Source: Bacillota bacterium
GTDB taxonomy: Bacteria; Bacillota; Clostridia; Oscillospirales; Acutalibacteraceae
Length of the DNA stretch: 64,000 nt
Assembly (NCBI GenBank): GCA_023412715.1
Contig: JAEZCC010000010.1
Location: 9,519 to 73,518, forward strand
Reading direction: 5' to 3'
Shown: positions 9,718 to 19,745 of the stretch, in pieces
How positions within the stretch are numbered: the first letter of the stretch is position 1
Layout of the letters: the number at the start of each line of letters is the position of its first letter
Translations under genes and position numbers: made by a program
The notes under the pieces: model-generated
Seen by the model: only the letters and a program-made list of their open reading frames with translations
The model's database searches: none
What the model was told of the DNA's origin: nothing

Positions 9718-10737
9718 GTGGAAAGCGGCCGTCGCAAGCTCATAATCCTTGTTCTGTACGACGCTCTGAAACGGGAGACGGACGAAGAGCATCCCCTGTC
9801 GGGGGCAGAGCTGTGCCGCCTGCTGGAAGAAAAGGGATGCCCCTGCGGGCGCAAGGCGCTTTACGGCGAAATCGCCGCGCTCAGGGAGTACGGCGCGGAC
9901 ATCCTTTACACCCGTAAGCCGAAGCCCGGCTTTTTTCTGGCCGAAAGGGAGTTTGAGGTTCCGGAAGTCCGCCTGCTGACGGACGCCGTCCTCGCGGCCC
10001 CTTTCATTACCCGGCGCAAGACAGAAGAACTGACCGTCAAGCTTCGCGGCCTTCTGAGCCGGGCGCAGTCCGGGCAGATCACCGCTTTTCCGCCGGAGAA
10101 AAACAGGGTGAAGTTTGAAAATGAAGAGATTTATTACGCCATCGACGCAATCAGCCGGGCAATTTTACAGAAGAAAAAGGTCTCGTTCGTCTATCATCAC
10201 AGCGTTTTTTCCGGCGGAGCCGTCGCGCAGAACGCGGGCAGAGCCTTTGTGGTCAGCCCGTATGCGCTGCTGTGGAATGCGGACCGCTATTATCTTGCGG
10301 GCAATTACGAAAAATACGACAGCGTCAGCGTCTTTCGACTGGATCGAATGAAGCGGACGGAGGCGCTCGAAGAGAAGGCCCGTCCGTTCGAAGAGGTCAG
10401 CGATTACCGCGGCAGCTTCGACGCGGCGGATTTTGCCCGCCGCACGTTCGGGATGTACCACGGCGAAAAGCAGAAGGTGGTGCTGCGCTGCACCCCGGAC
10501 CTTCTGGAAGCGGTGCTCGACAAATTCGGGAGCGACGTCCCGCTGGAGCGCGCCGGCGGGGATTCGTTCACCGTCGCGGCGGAGGTCTACGCCGGCGAGG
10601 GATTCGCCGAATGGGTGCTGCAGTACGGCGGGCGCGTTCGCGTCCTTTCGCCGGAGCCGATTCGGCAGGAGCTTGTCCGCCGCATCCGCGGCATGTGCGC
10701 GGCCTACGGGATCAGTGAAAAAATACGTGATCAATAA
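9718..10737 (+). CDS. wHTH-WYL-WCX transcriptional regulator (YafY/PafBC-like)
   Basis: N-terminal TDEEHPLS...RKALYGEI HTH; VSPYALLWNADRYYL and FRLDRM WYL core; WVLQYG..VRVLSP WCX; GTG start after GGGGAGG. Confidence 0.88.
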   Translation: MESGRRKLIILVLYDALKRETDEEHPLSGAELCRLLEEKGCPCGRKALYGEIAALREYGADILYTRKPKPGFFLAEREFEVPEVRLLTDAVLAAPFITRRKTEELTVKLRGLLSRAQSGQITAFPPEKNRVKFENEEIYYAIDAISRAILQKKKVSFVYHHSVFSGGAVAQNAGRAFVVSPYALLWNADRYYLAGNYEKYDSVSVFRLDRMKRTEALEEKARPFEEVSDYRGSFDAADFARRTFGMYHGEKQKVVLRCTPDLLEAVLDKFGSDVPLERAGGDSFTVAAEVYAGEGFAEWVLQYGGRVRVLSPEPIRQELVRRIRGMCAAYGISEKIRDQ

Positions 10738-11299
10738 AAATCTTGATGCCGATGGCAATCAGAACGACGCCGCCCACCGTTTCCGCATGACCGGCGCAGA
10801 GCAGCCCGAACTGTTTGCCGATGTAGACGCCAGCAAAACAGATGACGAATGTGATGATCCCTATGGTGAGGACGGAAACGGCCATCAGAAACGCCGTGGA
10901 AGCGCCCACCGCCGAGGGGAGGATAATGCCTGTCGCAAGCGCGTCGATGCTGGTCGCCACGGCCAGGGACAGAATCTTCTTGACCGGCAGGTCGTCCTGC
11001 AGGCTGCAGCAGGCTCCGTCTTTGATTTTTCTGCGCGCCGAGCGAATCATGTCAAGCCCGATGTAGCTGAGCAGAAGCAGGGCGATCCAGTGGTCGACGG
11101 CGGCGATGACGCTTTCTCCCGCTTTGCCGATCAGCCAGCCCGCGAGCGGCATAATCAGCTGAAAAAAGCCGAAACAGGCGGCCAGCTTCAGCGCAAAGCG
11201 CGGCGTGACCTTCCGGGTGCAGGCGCCGTTTGTGACGCTGACAGCGAAAGCGTCCATGGCAAGGCCCACGGCGATGCCGCAAAGAGAAATGTAATCCAA
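10712..11299 (-). CDS. mntP: Manganese efflux pump MntP family
   Basis: GLAMDAFAVS, FGFFQLIMP, DHWIA, LAVATSIDAL; TTG start after GGAGG. Confidence 0.9.
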   Translation of the reverse strand: MDYISLCGIAVGLAMDAFAVSVTNGACTRKVTPRFALKLAACFGFFQLIMPLAGWLIGKAGESVIAAVDHWIALLLLSYIGLDMIRSARRKIKDGACCSLQDDLPVKKILSLAVATSIDALATGIILPSAVGASTAFLMAVSVLTIGIITFVICFAGVYIGKQFGLLCAGHAETVGGVVLIAIGIKIFIDHVFFH

Positions 11300-11336
11300 T
11301 CCGCTTCCTCCAAGTTTCAAAAATACAACAGGATTT

Positions 11337-11365
11337 ATCATAGCGGAATTGCGGGGGAATGTCAA
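11337..11365 (-). promoter_or_regulatory. sigma-A promoter of mntP
   Basis: TTGACA-N17-TATGAT on minus strand. Confidence 0.7.
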
Positions 11366-11382
11366 CGCCTGCGCGGAATGTG

Positions 11383-11426
11383 AAACGAAGAGAACCGGCT
11401 TGGCGCTGCCGGTTCTCTTCGCGTTT
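11383..11426 (-). terminator. Stem-loop after the DUF3787-like gene
   Basis: CGAAGAGAACCGGC / GCCGGTTCTCTTCG inverted repeat. Confidence 0.65.
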
Positions 11427-11589
11427 ACTGCTGGTGCTCCTCGGACCATCTGCGCGCTTCCCGGACATGGGAGTCGTCCGGCTTCGCCACGCCCGTTTTT
11501 TCGAAACGGTCGTCGGGCGCGGTGATGACGGTGGAGATTTTTCCGCCGTCCTTGCGCGGCTTTCCGGGGCCTTGTCTGTCTTTCATCAT
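11425..11589 (-). CDS. Small DUF3787 / CDIF630_02480-like spore-associated protein
   Basis: C-terminus TGVAKPDDSHVREARRWSEEHQQ resembles the family V..P....V.EA+.WV.EN pattern; SD GGGGTG; sigG-like GCATT-N17-CAGAATA upstream (11632-11604). Confidence 0.65.
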   Translation of the reverse strand: MMKDRQGPGKPRKDGGKISTVITAPDDRFEKTGVAKPDDSHVREARRWSEEHQQ

Positions 11590-11701
11590 GATCACCCCGC
11601 GGTTATTCTGCCGCGTCCGGCGCAAAAAATGCGGAACGCGTTTGCTATTCCCACAATTTCATGATATAATATGGTAAATTGCGAAAGCGAGGAATGCCGC
11701 C

Positions 11702-12313
11702 ATGATTGCCGTACTGGATTACGGAGCCGGAAACCTGCAGAGCGTACTGAAGGCCCTGCGCTTTCTCGGTTGCGAAGCCGACGTCACCAGCGACCCCGCC
11801 CGGCTGAAAGAAGCTTCCGCCGCCATTCTGCCCGGCGTCGGCGCTTTCGGCGACGCCATGGCCTGCCTGGACCGCTCCGGCCTTGTGCAGCCGGTGCTGG
11901 ATTTCATCCGCACGGGCAAGCCGTTTCTCGGCATCTGCCTCGGCCTGCAGCTTCTGTTTGAAGAAAGCGAAGAAGCGCCGGGCATCCCGGGACTTGGGGT
12001 GCTGAAAGGGAGAATCCGCCGCATTCCGGCTTTTCCCGGCCTGAAAATACCGCATATCGGCTGGAACAGCCTCGATATTCAGATCCCCTCCGGGCTGTTC
12101 GCCGGCCTGGAAGAGCACCCGTACGTCTATTTCGTGCATTCCTATTATCTCACAGCGGCCGACCGGCGCGACGTGACCGCTACGGCGGAATACGGCGTCA
12201 CCATCGACGCTTCGGTCCGGAACGGAAATCTTTTCGCTACGCAGTTCCATCCCGAAAAGAGCGGGAAGGCCGGGCTGAAAATGCTCCGCAATTTTGCGGA
12301 TATGGTCCGCTGA
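11702..12313 (+). CDS. hisH: Imidazole glycerol phosphate synthase, glutaminase subunit
   Basis: [34 protein letters not shown]. Confidence 0.95.
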   Translation: MIAVLDYGAGNLQSVLKALRFLGCEADVTSDPARLKEASAAILPGVGAFGDAMACLDRSGLVQPVLDFIRTGKPFLGICLGLQLLFEESEEAPGIPGLGVLKGRIRRIPAFPGLKIPHIGWNSLDIQIPSGLFAGLEEHPYVYFVHSYYLTAADRRDVTATAEYGVTIDASVRNGNLFATQFHPEKSGKAGLKMLRNFADMVR

Positions 12314-12330
12314 AGGGGAGGAAAATTCCG

Positions 12331-13089
<759 letters not shown>

Positions 13090-13096
13090 GAATTGG

Positions 13097-13147
13097 AAGC
13101 CGGGGCCGGCGGACGGCGGGGTTCTCCCGTTTTCCGCCGGCTTTTTT
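13097..13147 (+). terminator. Intrinsic terminator after hisF
   Basis: GCCGGCGGA...TCCGCCGGC followed by TTTTTT. Confidence 0.7.
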
Positions 13148-13215
13148 GCGTTTTCCGTCGCATTTGGGACCGTGCGGGCCTTTTTGTGGCCCTCTGGGAA
13201 TTCCCGCATCCGATT

Positions 13216-13245
13216 TTGACAGATTTTGCCGGAGCGCCATAGTAT
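13216..13245 (+). promoter_or_regulatory. Candidate promoter of the Cys/Arg peptide gene (sigK-like; alternatively sigma-A)
   Basis: ACA(13219-21)-N16-CATAgtaT(13238-45) fits the sigK pattern; TTGACA-N18-TAGTAT overlaps it. Confidence 0.45.
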
Positions 13246-13280
13246 GATAAGGATTTCTGAAACAAGGTGGTGAACCTGAA

Positions 13281-13364
13281 ATGTGTAGATGCTGCAGATG
13301 GAACCGCTGCCGTTGCCGTCGCTGCTGCCGCTGCCGCCGTTGCTGCAGACGGCGCTGCTGGTGA
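13281..13364 (+). CDS. Unannotated 27-aa Cys/Arg-rich peptide MCRCCRWNRCRCRRCCRCRRCCRRRCW
   Basis: Read directly from sequence; SD AAGGTGGTGA 6 nt before ATG; mixed synonymous codons (TGT/TGC, AGA/CGC/CGT/CGG); flanked by promoter and terminator. Confidence 0.7.
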   Translation: MCRCCRWNRCRCRRCCRCRRCCRRRCW

Positions 13365-13373
13365 ATTCTTTGT

Positions 13374-13407
13374 GCGCCTGCCTTCAAAAAGCGGGCGCTG
13401 ATTTTTT
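13374..13407 (+). terminator. Intrinsic terminator after the Cys/Arg peptide
   Basis: GCGCCTGC / GCGGGCGC stem followed by TGATTTTTT. Confidence 0.6.
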
Positions 13408-13533
13408 GCGGGGGCGCGTTTCGTCTTTTTCCCGGCCCCGCGGTCGGGGAAAACCGAAGATCGCGTCTATTTTTATGGATAGAACCTCCCTGTCCGGCAT
13501 AAGAATTTAATAAGAAACGGGAGGTGCCGGATT

Positions 13534-14682
13534 ATGAAACTGAAAAAAATGTCCGCATGCCTGCTTGCGGTGATTTTTGTGGCTGCCAGCGTGCCGGCGG
13601 GCGCGTCTGCCCTTACCAGCAACGATGTGAAAGCGCCTTCGGCAATCCTGATGGAGGCGCAGACGGGTAAGATCCTGCTTGAAAAAAACGATCACGAGAA
13701 GCGCGCGTGCGCTTCCATCACGAAAATCATGACGCTGCTTCTGGTCATGGAAGCGCTTGATTCCGGGAAAATCGCCCTGACGGACAAAATATCCGTCAGC
13801 GAGCACGCCGCCTCCATGGGCGGGTCGCAGATCTGGCTCAAGCCCGGCGAGATCATGACCGTCGACGACATGCTCAAGGCCACGGTCATCGCGAGCGCGA
13901 ACGACGCCGCCACCGCGCTGGGGGAATATGTGGCGGGCAGCGAGGAAGAATTCGTAAACCAGATGAACGCGCGGGCGAAAGAACTGAAGATGAACGACAC
14001 CACCTTCAAAAACTGCTACGGCCTTGACGAAGACGGGCACGTTACGTCGGCCTACGACGTTGCGCTGATGTCGCGGGAGCTCATCAAGCACCAGAAGATT
14101 TTCGACTACACGAAAACGTGGATCGATTACATGCGCGGGGGAAAGACCCAGCTTGTGAACACGAACCGCCTGCTGAAGACCTACAAGGGCATCACGGGCC
14201 TGAAAACGGGAACGACAAGCCAGGCGGGCAGCTGCATTTCCGCCACGGCGGACCGGGACGGCGTGAGCCTGATTGCCGTCGTGCTGGGCTGCACCGACAC
14301 AAAGACGCGTTTTGCGAGCGCGTCGTCTCTGCTGGACAGCGGTTTTGCCAACTGGTCCGTCGCAAAGCCCGCGATTCCCAATGAAGCGCTGCAGCCGGTG
14401 GCCGTGCGGAACGGCATGGAGGCCAACGTCAACACGACGGTGAATGCGAACGGCAGCATCCTGGTCCCGAAAGGGAAGGCCGCGAACGTCGCTTATAAAG
14501 TCGAGCTGCCGGAAAACGTTCCGGCTCCGGTCAACGAGGGTCAGGTGCTGGGCAAGGTGAGCTGCTCGCTCAACGGCGAGGTCCTGCAGCAGTATAATAT
14601 CTGCGCCAAAGCCTCCGTCGCGCAGATTACGTTCGGCGCCGTGTTCCGCCTTCTTTTGAGAGGGCTTGCAATGGTCTGTTGA
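13534..14682 (+). CDS. dacF: D-alanyl-D-alanine carboxypeptidase (peptidase S11, DacF-like)
   Basis: Signal peptide; SxxK (ASITK), SxN (SAND), KTG; SEHAASMGGSQIWL typical of DacF. Confidence 0.8.
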   Translation: MKLKKMSACLLAVIFVAASVPAGASALTSNDVKAPSAILMEAQTGKILLEKNDHEKRACASITKIMTLLLVMEALDSGKIALTDKISVSEHAASMGGSQIWLKPGEIMTVDDMLKATVIASANDAATALGEYVAGSEEEFVNQMNARAKELKMNDTTFKNCYGLDEDGHVTSAYDVALMSRELIKHQKIFDYTKTWIDYMRGGKTQLVNTNRLLKTYKGITGLKTGTTSQAGSCISATADRDGVSLIAVVLGCTDTKTRFASASSLLDSGFANWSVAKPAIPNEALQPVAVRNGMEANVNTTVNANGSILVPKGKAANVAYKVELPENVPAPVNEGQVLGKVSCSLNGEVLQQYNICAKASVAQITFGAVFRLLLRGLAMVC

Positions 14683-14790
14683 TTCTCAGGGAATACATAA
14701 TTTTGATAAATCCTCCGCTTCCTCCTTGCAAACTGCCCTGTCATACGGTAAAATAGAATCGGACTTAATAAGCAGGCAGGAGGAAAAAGA

Positions 14791-16131
14791 ATGCCTATTC
14801 AGCTTGACGTACAGCATCTTTCCGGTTTTATTGACGAGAATGAATATACGGCGATTGCGCCGCAGGTCCGCGCCGCGCATGAGCTGCTGCATACGGGCAA
14901 AGGGCTTGGCAGCGATTTTCTCGGCTGGCTCGATCTGCCGGTGAATTACGACAAAGACGAATTTGCCCGCATTCAGAAGGCTGCGGACAGAGTCCGCTCG
15001 AATTCCAACGTATTCGTTGTAATCGGAATCGGCGGCTCCTATCTGGGCGCGCGCGCGGCAATCGAATATTTGAGGTCGAACAACTACAACGCCCTTCCGA
15101 AAGATACGCCCGACATCTACTTTATCGGCAACGGAATCAGCCCGACTTCCCTGAACGAAATTCTTGCTCTCTGCAGGGGAAAGGACGTTTCCGTCAATGT
15201 CATCTCAAAATCCGGGACGACGACGGAGCCCGCGCTGGCGTTCCGCGTGTTCCGCAGCCTCCTCGAAAAGAAGTACGGCAGGGCGGAGGCGGCAAAGCGC
15301 ATCTACTGCACGACGGACAAAGCACGCGGCACGCTGAAGCAGCTTGCCGCAAAGGAAGGCTACGAGACTTTTGTTATCCCGGACGACGTGGGCGGCCGCT
15401 ATTCCGTCCTGACGGCGGTCGGGCTGCTGCCGATCGCCGTTTCCGGCGCGGACATCTCCGCGCTGATGGCAGGCGCCGCGGCGGCCAGAAGCGACTACGA
15501 CGACCCGGACCTTGCGGCGAACCCGTGCTACCGTTACGCCGCAATCCGCAACATCCTTTCCCGCAAGGGGAAAGAGATCGAGATGCTGGTCAGCTATGAG
15601 CCGCGGTTCCAGATGATGTGCGAATGGTGGAAGCAGCTGTTTGGCGAAAGCGAGGGCAAAGACAATAAGGGCCTTTTCCCCGCTTCCGCCATTTTCTCGA
15701 CGGATCTTCATTCCATGGGGCAGTACATCCAGCAGGGCCGGCGTACGCTGCTTGAGACCGTCGTCATGATCGACAGGCCCGCCGAAGATCTCGTCATCGC
15801 GCAGGATCCCGACAACGCCGACGGCCTGAACTTTCTTGCGGGCAAAACGGTTTCCTACGTCAACCGGAAGGCCTTCGAGGGGACCGTCCTCGCTCATACG
15901 GACGGCGGCGTCCCCAACACCGTTCTTCATGTGACGGATTTTTCCGAAGATTCGCTCGGCCGGCTGATTTATTTCTTTGAAAAAGCCTGCGCCGTTTCCG
16001 GCTATTTGCTCGGCGTGAATCCGTTCAATCAGCCGGGAGTTGAAAATTACAAGAAAAACATGTTCGCCCTTCTTGGAAAACCGGGCTACGAAGGGGAGAA
16101 AGCCGCTCTGGAGGCCCGCCTGAAAGGGTAA
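14791..16131 (+). CDS. pgi: Glucose-6-phosphate isomerase
   Basis: [40 protein letters not shown]. Confidence 0.96.
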   Translation: MPIQLDVQHLSGFIDENEYTAIAPQVRAAHELLHTGKGLGSDFLGWLDLPVNYDKDEFARIQKAADRVRSNSNVFVVIGIGGSYLGARAAIEYLRSNNYNALPKDTPDIYFIGNGISPTSLNEILALCRGKDVSVNVISKSGTTTEPALAFRVFRSLLEKKYGRAEAAKRIYCTTDKARGTLKQLAAKEGYETFVIPDDVGGRYSVLTAVGLLPIAVSGADISALMAGAAAARSDYDDPDLAANPCYRYAAIRNILSRKGKEIEMLVSYEPRFQMMCEWWKQLFGESEGKDNKGLFPASAIFSTDLHSMGQYIQQGRRTLLETVVMIDRPAEDLVIAQDPDNADGLNFLAGKTVSYVNRKAFEGTVLAHTDGGVPNTVLHVTDFSEDSLGRLIYFFEKACAVSGYLLGVNPFNQPGVENYKKNMFALLGKPGYEGEKAALEARLKG

Positions 16132-16185
16132 AAACCGTCGGGCGGTCCATTTTCAGACGGCAAAAATTGATAGGAGGAGCGCACC

Positions 16186-16602
16186 ATGATCAATCTTATT
16201 GTAGGGAAAAAAGGAACGGGAAAGACAAAACGGCTTGTGGAACACGCGAACGAAGCGGTGACCAAGTCCAGGGGAAATGTAGTCGTCATCGCGAAAGGCA
16301 ACGGCCTCACGTACGACATTTCGCATGACGCACGCTTGGTAGACATCGATTCTTACAAAATCTCCGGCGCCGACGCGCTGGGGGGCTTTCTCTGCGGAAT
16401 CTGCGCCGGCAACTACGACGTGACCGATATTTTTGTGGACTCCACGCTGAAAATCATCGGGCAGGACATGCAGACGCTGTCCGCTTTTATTCAGAAGATG
16501 AACCGGCTGTCCGCTTTGGCGGACACGAAGATTACGCTGCTTGTTTCTGCGGACGAGTCTTCCCTGCCGGACGAAGTGCGGGCCGTTTCCACACCGGTCT
16601 GA
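16186..16602 (+). CDS. Conserved small P-loop protein of unknown function
   Basis: N-terminal IVGKKGTGKTK Walker A and IFVD Walker-B-like strand; SD AGGAGG. Confidence 0.75.
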   Translation: MINLIVGKKGTGKTKRLVEHANEAVTKSRGNVVVIAKGNGLTYDISHDARLVDIDSYKISGADALGGFLCGICAGNYDVTDIFVDSTLKIIGQDMQTLSAFIQKMNRLSALADTKITLLVSADESSLPDEVRAVSTPV

Positions 16603-16669
16603 ATTTTCGGGCATCCTGCGTGCCGGGGCCGGCTGCTCCGGCACGGTTTTGTGTTCCTGCAGTTTTTTA

Positions 16670-16698
16670 TTGACAAAAGGAACGCAGACAGGTATAAT
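16670..16698 (+). promoter_or_regulatory. Consensus sigma-A promoter of yceD-rpmF
   Basis: TTGACA-N17-TATAAT. Confidence 0.85.
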
Positions 16699-16724
16699 TA
16701 AAGACTGTAGCGCTGAGGTGTAGT

Positions 16725-17219
16725 ATGATTCTGGATGTGGAAAAAATCTTTACGGGAGAAGAGAAAGACCGCTCCTTCCAATATAGTTTGGACCTGTCTT
16801 CGACTGCTGTCGGCGGCTCTTTTCCTTTCATATCCCCGGTGAAGATTGCCGGGACCGTTACCGGCAGAGAAGGCTTTGCAGACATCATGTTCCGCGCTGC
16901 GTTCGACTTTTCCATTCCGTGCGACCGGTGTGCGGCTCAGATTGACCGAAGCATTCTGTATTCGTTTTCCCATACCCTTGTTCCTTCTCTGGAAAACGAG
17001 GACGACGATCGGCTGATTGAGGTCCGGGACTCCAAATTGGACCTGGATGCCCTTGCAAGGGAAGACATTCTTCTCGAGCTGCCGACGAAATTCCTGTGTC
17101 GGCCCGACTGCAGGGGAATCTGCCCGAAATGCGGAAAAAATCTGAACGAGGGCCCATGCGGCTGCAGCGAAGAGCAGGGCGACGAGAGATTTAAGGTCTT
17201 AAAAAACCTGATCCATTAA
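16725..17219 (+). CDS. DUF177 / YceD family protein
   Basis: CDRC and [24 protein letters not shown]; lies upstream of rpmF. Confidence 0.9.
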   Translation: MILDVEKIFTGEEKDRSFQYSLDLSSTAVGGSFPFISPVKIAGTVTGREGFADIMFRAAFDFSIPCDRCAAQIDRSILYSFSHTLVPSLENEDDDRLIEVRDSKLDLDALAREDILLELPTKFLCRPDCRGICPKCGKNLNEGPCGCSEEQGDERFKVLKNLIH

Positions 17220-17257
17220 AACAGTTCTGGAAACAGAATTTTAAGGAGGTGCTGAAC

Positions 17258-17440
17258 ATGGCGGTACCAAAAAGAAAACAGTCGAGTGCGCGGCAGAACA
17301 AAAGACGCTCCAATGTATGGAAGCTGAGCGCGCCGGCTTTGGTCAAGTGCCCGAAATGCGGCGAGTTGAAGGCTCCGCACCGGGTCTGCGGCAACTGCGG
17401 TTATTACAACGGCAGGGAAGTTGTCAAGAAAGAAGCTTAA
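17258..17440 (+). CDS. rpmF: 50S ribosomal protein L32 (zinc-binding type)
   Basis: MAVPKRK...CPKCG...[10 protein letters not shown]. Confidence 0.96.
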   Translation: MAVPKRKQSSARQNKRRSNVWKLSAPALVKCPKCGELKAPHRVCGNCGYYNGREVVKKEA

Positions 17441-17460
17441 CCCCGGCGATTGTCTTACTG

Positions 17461-17491
17461 AGAGAAGGAGCAAATCCTTCTCTTGTTTTTT
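17461..17491 (+). terminator. Intrinsic terminator after rpmF
   Basis: AGAGAAGGA / TCCTTCTCT stem followed by TGTTTTTT. Confidence 0.7.
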
Positions 17492-17624
17492 CTGCGGCCT
17501 TCCGGCTGCGGAAGGCTCCCGCCGGGCTTGACGGGTGGGGCAGAACGTGCCATAATCTGTTTGGCTTCCGCCCGTCCCGGCGGAACATGCCGGAGGCTTA
17601 ATTTTTCTTTTTGGAGTGATGCGG

Positions 17625-18959
17625 ATGGGCAGACCGGTTGTTGCAATTGTCGGCAGGCCGAATGTCGGGAAATCCACCCTTTTCAATAAACTGATTGGCC
17701 GGCGTCTTTCCATTGTGGACGATACGCCGGGCGTGACGCGCGACCGCATTTTCGGGGAGTGCGACTGGAACGGCCGCTCTTTCTCCATTGTGGACACGGG
17801 CGGAATCGAATGGGATCCTTCCGATGAGATTCTGGCGCAGATCCGCGCCCAGGCGGAGATTGCCATCGGCGCCGCCGACGTGATTGTTTTTGTCGCGGAT
17901 CTTCAGTCGGGAGTGACCCCGGCAGACAAAGAGATTGCCTCCTGGATTATCAAAAGCGGAAAGCCGATTGTGCTGTGCGTGAACAAATGCGACAGCGTCG
18001 GGGAGCTTCCGCCGGAATTTTACGAGTTTTACAGCCTTGGCCTTGGGGACCCCGTCGGCGTTTCGTCCGTTCACGGCCACGGGACCGGCGACCTTCTCGA
18101 CCGGGTCACCGGATATTTTCCTCCCGAAGAAGAGGAAAGCCCGGAGGGCGAGCCGGTGCACGTAGCCATCATCGGGAAACCGAACGTTGGGAAGTCGTCG
18201 CTTGTGAACCACATCTGCGGCGAGGAACGCTGCCTGGTGTCCGATGTCGCGGGCACGACGCGCGACGCGATCGACATCTCCATTGAGAACGCGTACGGCC
18301 GTTTCGTCCTGATCGACACCGCGGGCCTGCGCAAAAAGAGCCGTGTGGAAGACGAGATCGAAAAGTACAGTATCCTGCGCGCGCAGATGGCGGTGGAACG
18401 AAGCGACGTCTGCGTGATTATGATCGACGGGATCGTCGGATTCACGGAGCAGGACTCCAAGGTCGCCGGCATGGCGCTGGAGGCCGGGAAGGGCTGCGTG
18501 ATTGCGGTCAATAAATGGGACGCGGTCGAAAAAGACGGTTTCACGCTGTCGCAGTACCAGAAGCAGCTGGAAAAGGATTTCTCCTTCATGTCGTACGCGC
18601 CGATTGTGTTTATTTCCGCAAAGACCGGCCAGAGGGTCGACAGGCTCTTTGAGTCGGTGCGCGACGCGGCGAAGGCGAATTCGACCCGCATCTCGACGGG
18701 AAAGCTGAACGAGGTGCTTTCGCAGGCAACGTCAAGGACGCAGCCGCCCACCGACAAGGGCAGACGGCTGAAAATCTATTATATGACGCAGGCGTCTGTC
18801 AGACCGCCGACTTTTGTCTTCTTTGTCAATTCCAAGCAGCTGTTCCATTTTTCCTATCAGCGCTATCTTGAAAATATGATCCGCGAAACCTTTGGGCTGC
18901 GCGGCACGCCGATCCGTTTCCTGGTCCGCGAGCGCGGGGAAAAAGCAGGGGAGGGATAA
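17625..18959 (+). CDS. der: Ribosome biogenesis GTPase Der
   Basis: Two G-domains (GRPNVGKS/DTGG/NKCD; GKPNVGKS/DTAG/NKWD) plus KH-like C-terminus. Confidence 0.96.
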   Translation: MGRPVVAIVGRPNVGKSTLFNKLIGRRLSIVDDTPGVTRDRIFGECDWNGRSFSIVDTGGIEWDPSDEILAQIRAQAEIAIGAADVIVFVADLQSGVTPADKEIASWIIKSGKPIVLCVNKCDSVGELPPEFYEFYSLGLGDPVGVSSVHGHGTGDLLDRVTGYFPPEEEESPEGEPVHVAIIGKPNVGKSSLVNHICGEERCLVSDVAGTTRDAIDISIENAYGRFVLIDTAGLRKKSRVEDEIEKYSILRAQMAVERSDVCVIMIDGIVGFTEQDSKVAGMALEAGKGCVIAVNKWDAVEKDGFTLSQYQKQLEKDFSFMSYAPIVFISAKTGQRVDRLFESVRDAAKANSTRISTGKLNEVLSQATSRTQPPTDKGRRLKIYYMTQASVRPPTFVFFVNSKQLFHFSYQRYLENMIRETFGLRGTPIRFLVRERGEKAGEG

Positions 18960-18965
18960 GGGAGA

Positions 18966-19676
18966 ATGGCAGAGGATTTCTCTCTTTTTGCCCTGCCGGC
19001 GCTGGTGGTCGCGGCAATCGCCTATCTTTTGGGCAGCATCAGCTTTTCCATTATCTTCACAAGGATGTTCAACCACGACGAGGACATCCGCAGCATGGGG
19101 AGCGGGAACGCCGGCCTGACGAACGTCCTGCGTTCCGTCGGCGTGAAAGCGGCCGTTTTTACCCTGGTCTTCGACGCAGCCAAGGCGGGGATCGCCGTAT
19201 GCGCCGGCCGGGAGATTTTCCGTTACATCTGCGTTCAGCATTCGCTTCCGCTTTATTTTGCGGAATACGGGGCCTATCTGGCCGGCCTCGTGTGCGTGCT
19301 GGGGCATATTTATCCGCTTTATTTCGGCTTCCGCGGCGGGAAGGGGATTCTTTCTACCGGTGCGATGGTGGCGTTCGTCGACTGGCGCGTTTTTCTTGTT
19401 TCCATTTCCATTTTTGTGCTTGTGCTGATCATCACGAGAATCGTGTCTATTTCTTCCATCGTGGCCTCCGCCTCGATTCCGGTCGCCAATTTCTGTTTTG
19501 TCTATTTTACGGAATACCGCGCGGCCCCATCCTCGCCCGGCGCGAAGCCGCTCTCTTATGTCTTTGTGACGACGGCCGCCATGCTTCTTCTGGCCGTTTT
19601 CCTTATCTGGAAGCACAGGGAAAACATCAGGCGGCTGCGAAACGGCACCGAGGGGAAGTTTTCCGTCAAGCGCTGA
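18966..19676 (+). CDS. plsY: Glycerol-3-phosphate acyltransferase PlsY
   Basis: YLLGSI, GSGNAGLTNVLR, GHIYP, FRGGKG, KHRENIRRL. Confidence 0.93.
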   Translation: MAEDFSLFALPALVVAAIAYLLGSISFSIIFTRMFNHDEDIRSMGSGNAGLTNVLRSVGVKAAVFTLVFDAAKAGIAVCAGREIFRYICVQHSLPLYFAEYGAYLAGLVCVLGHIYPLYFGFRGGKGILSTGAMVAFVDWRVFLVSISIFVLVLIITRIVSISSIVASASIPVANFCFVYFTEYRAAPSSPGAKPLSYVFVTTAAMLLLAVFLIWKHRENIRRLRNGTEGKFSVKR

Positions 19677-19691
19677 TTGATTCGCGCAATG

Positions 19692-19730
19692 AAAAAATCC
19701 GTACCGGATTCGTTCCGGTACGGATTTTTT
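19692..19730. terminator. Bidirectional intrinsic terminator
   Basis: AAAAAATCCGTACCGGA / TCCGGTACGGATTTTTT between convergent genes. Confidence 0.85.
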
Positions 19731-19745
19731 ATGTCTTTGCAGCGG

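Noticed and set aside
7932..9854. Long antisense ORFs (e.g. 640 aa here; also 23775-25370, 47211-49025, 50464-52245)
   Set aside because: Antisense shadows of real genes, expected with high GC3; no SD or recognisable domains
11300..11336. yybP-ykoY Mn riboswitch upstream of mntP
   Set aside because: The predicted promoter leaves only ~30 nt of 5' UTR, too short
13281..13407. Cys/Arg ORF as a transcription-attenuation leader peptide
   Set aside because: The downstream gene (dacF-like) is not a Cys/Arg biosynthesis or transport gene and has its own promoter-like sequence; I saw no antiterminator
13289..13510. 73-aa Leu/Pro-rich ORF in the track (and the antisense Gln/Arg-rich ORF 13031-13387)
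   Set aside because: Shadow frames of the Cys/Arg peptide; the SD spacing fits ATG 13281, and this ORF runs through the terminator
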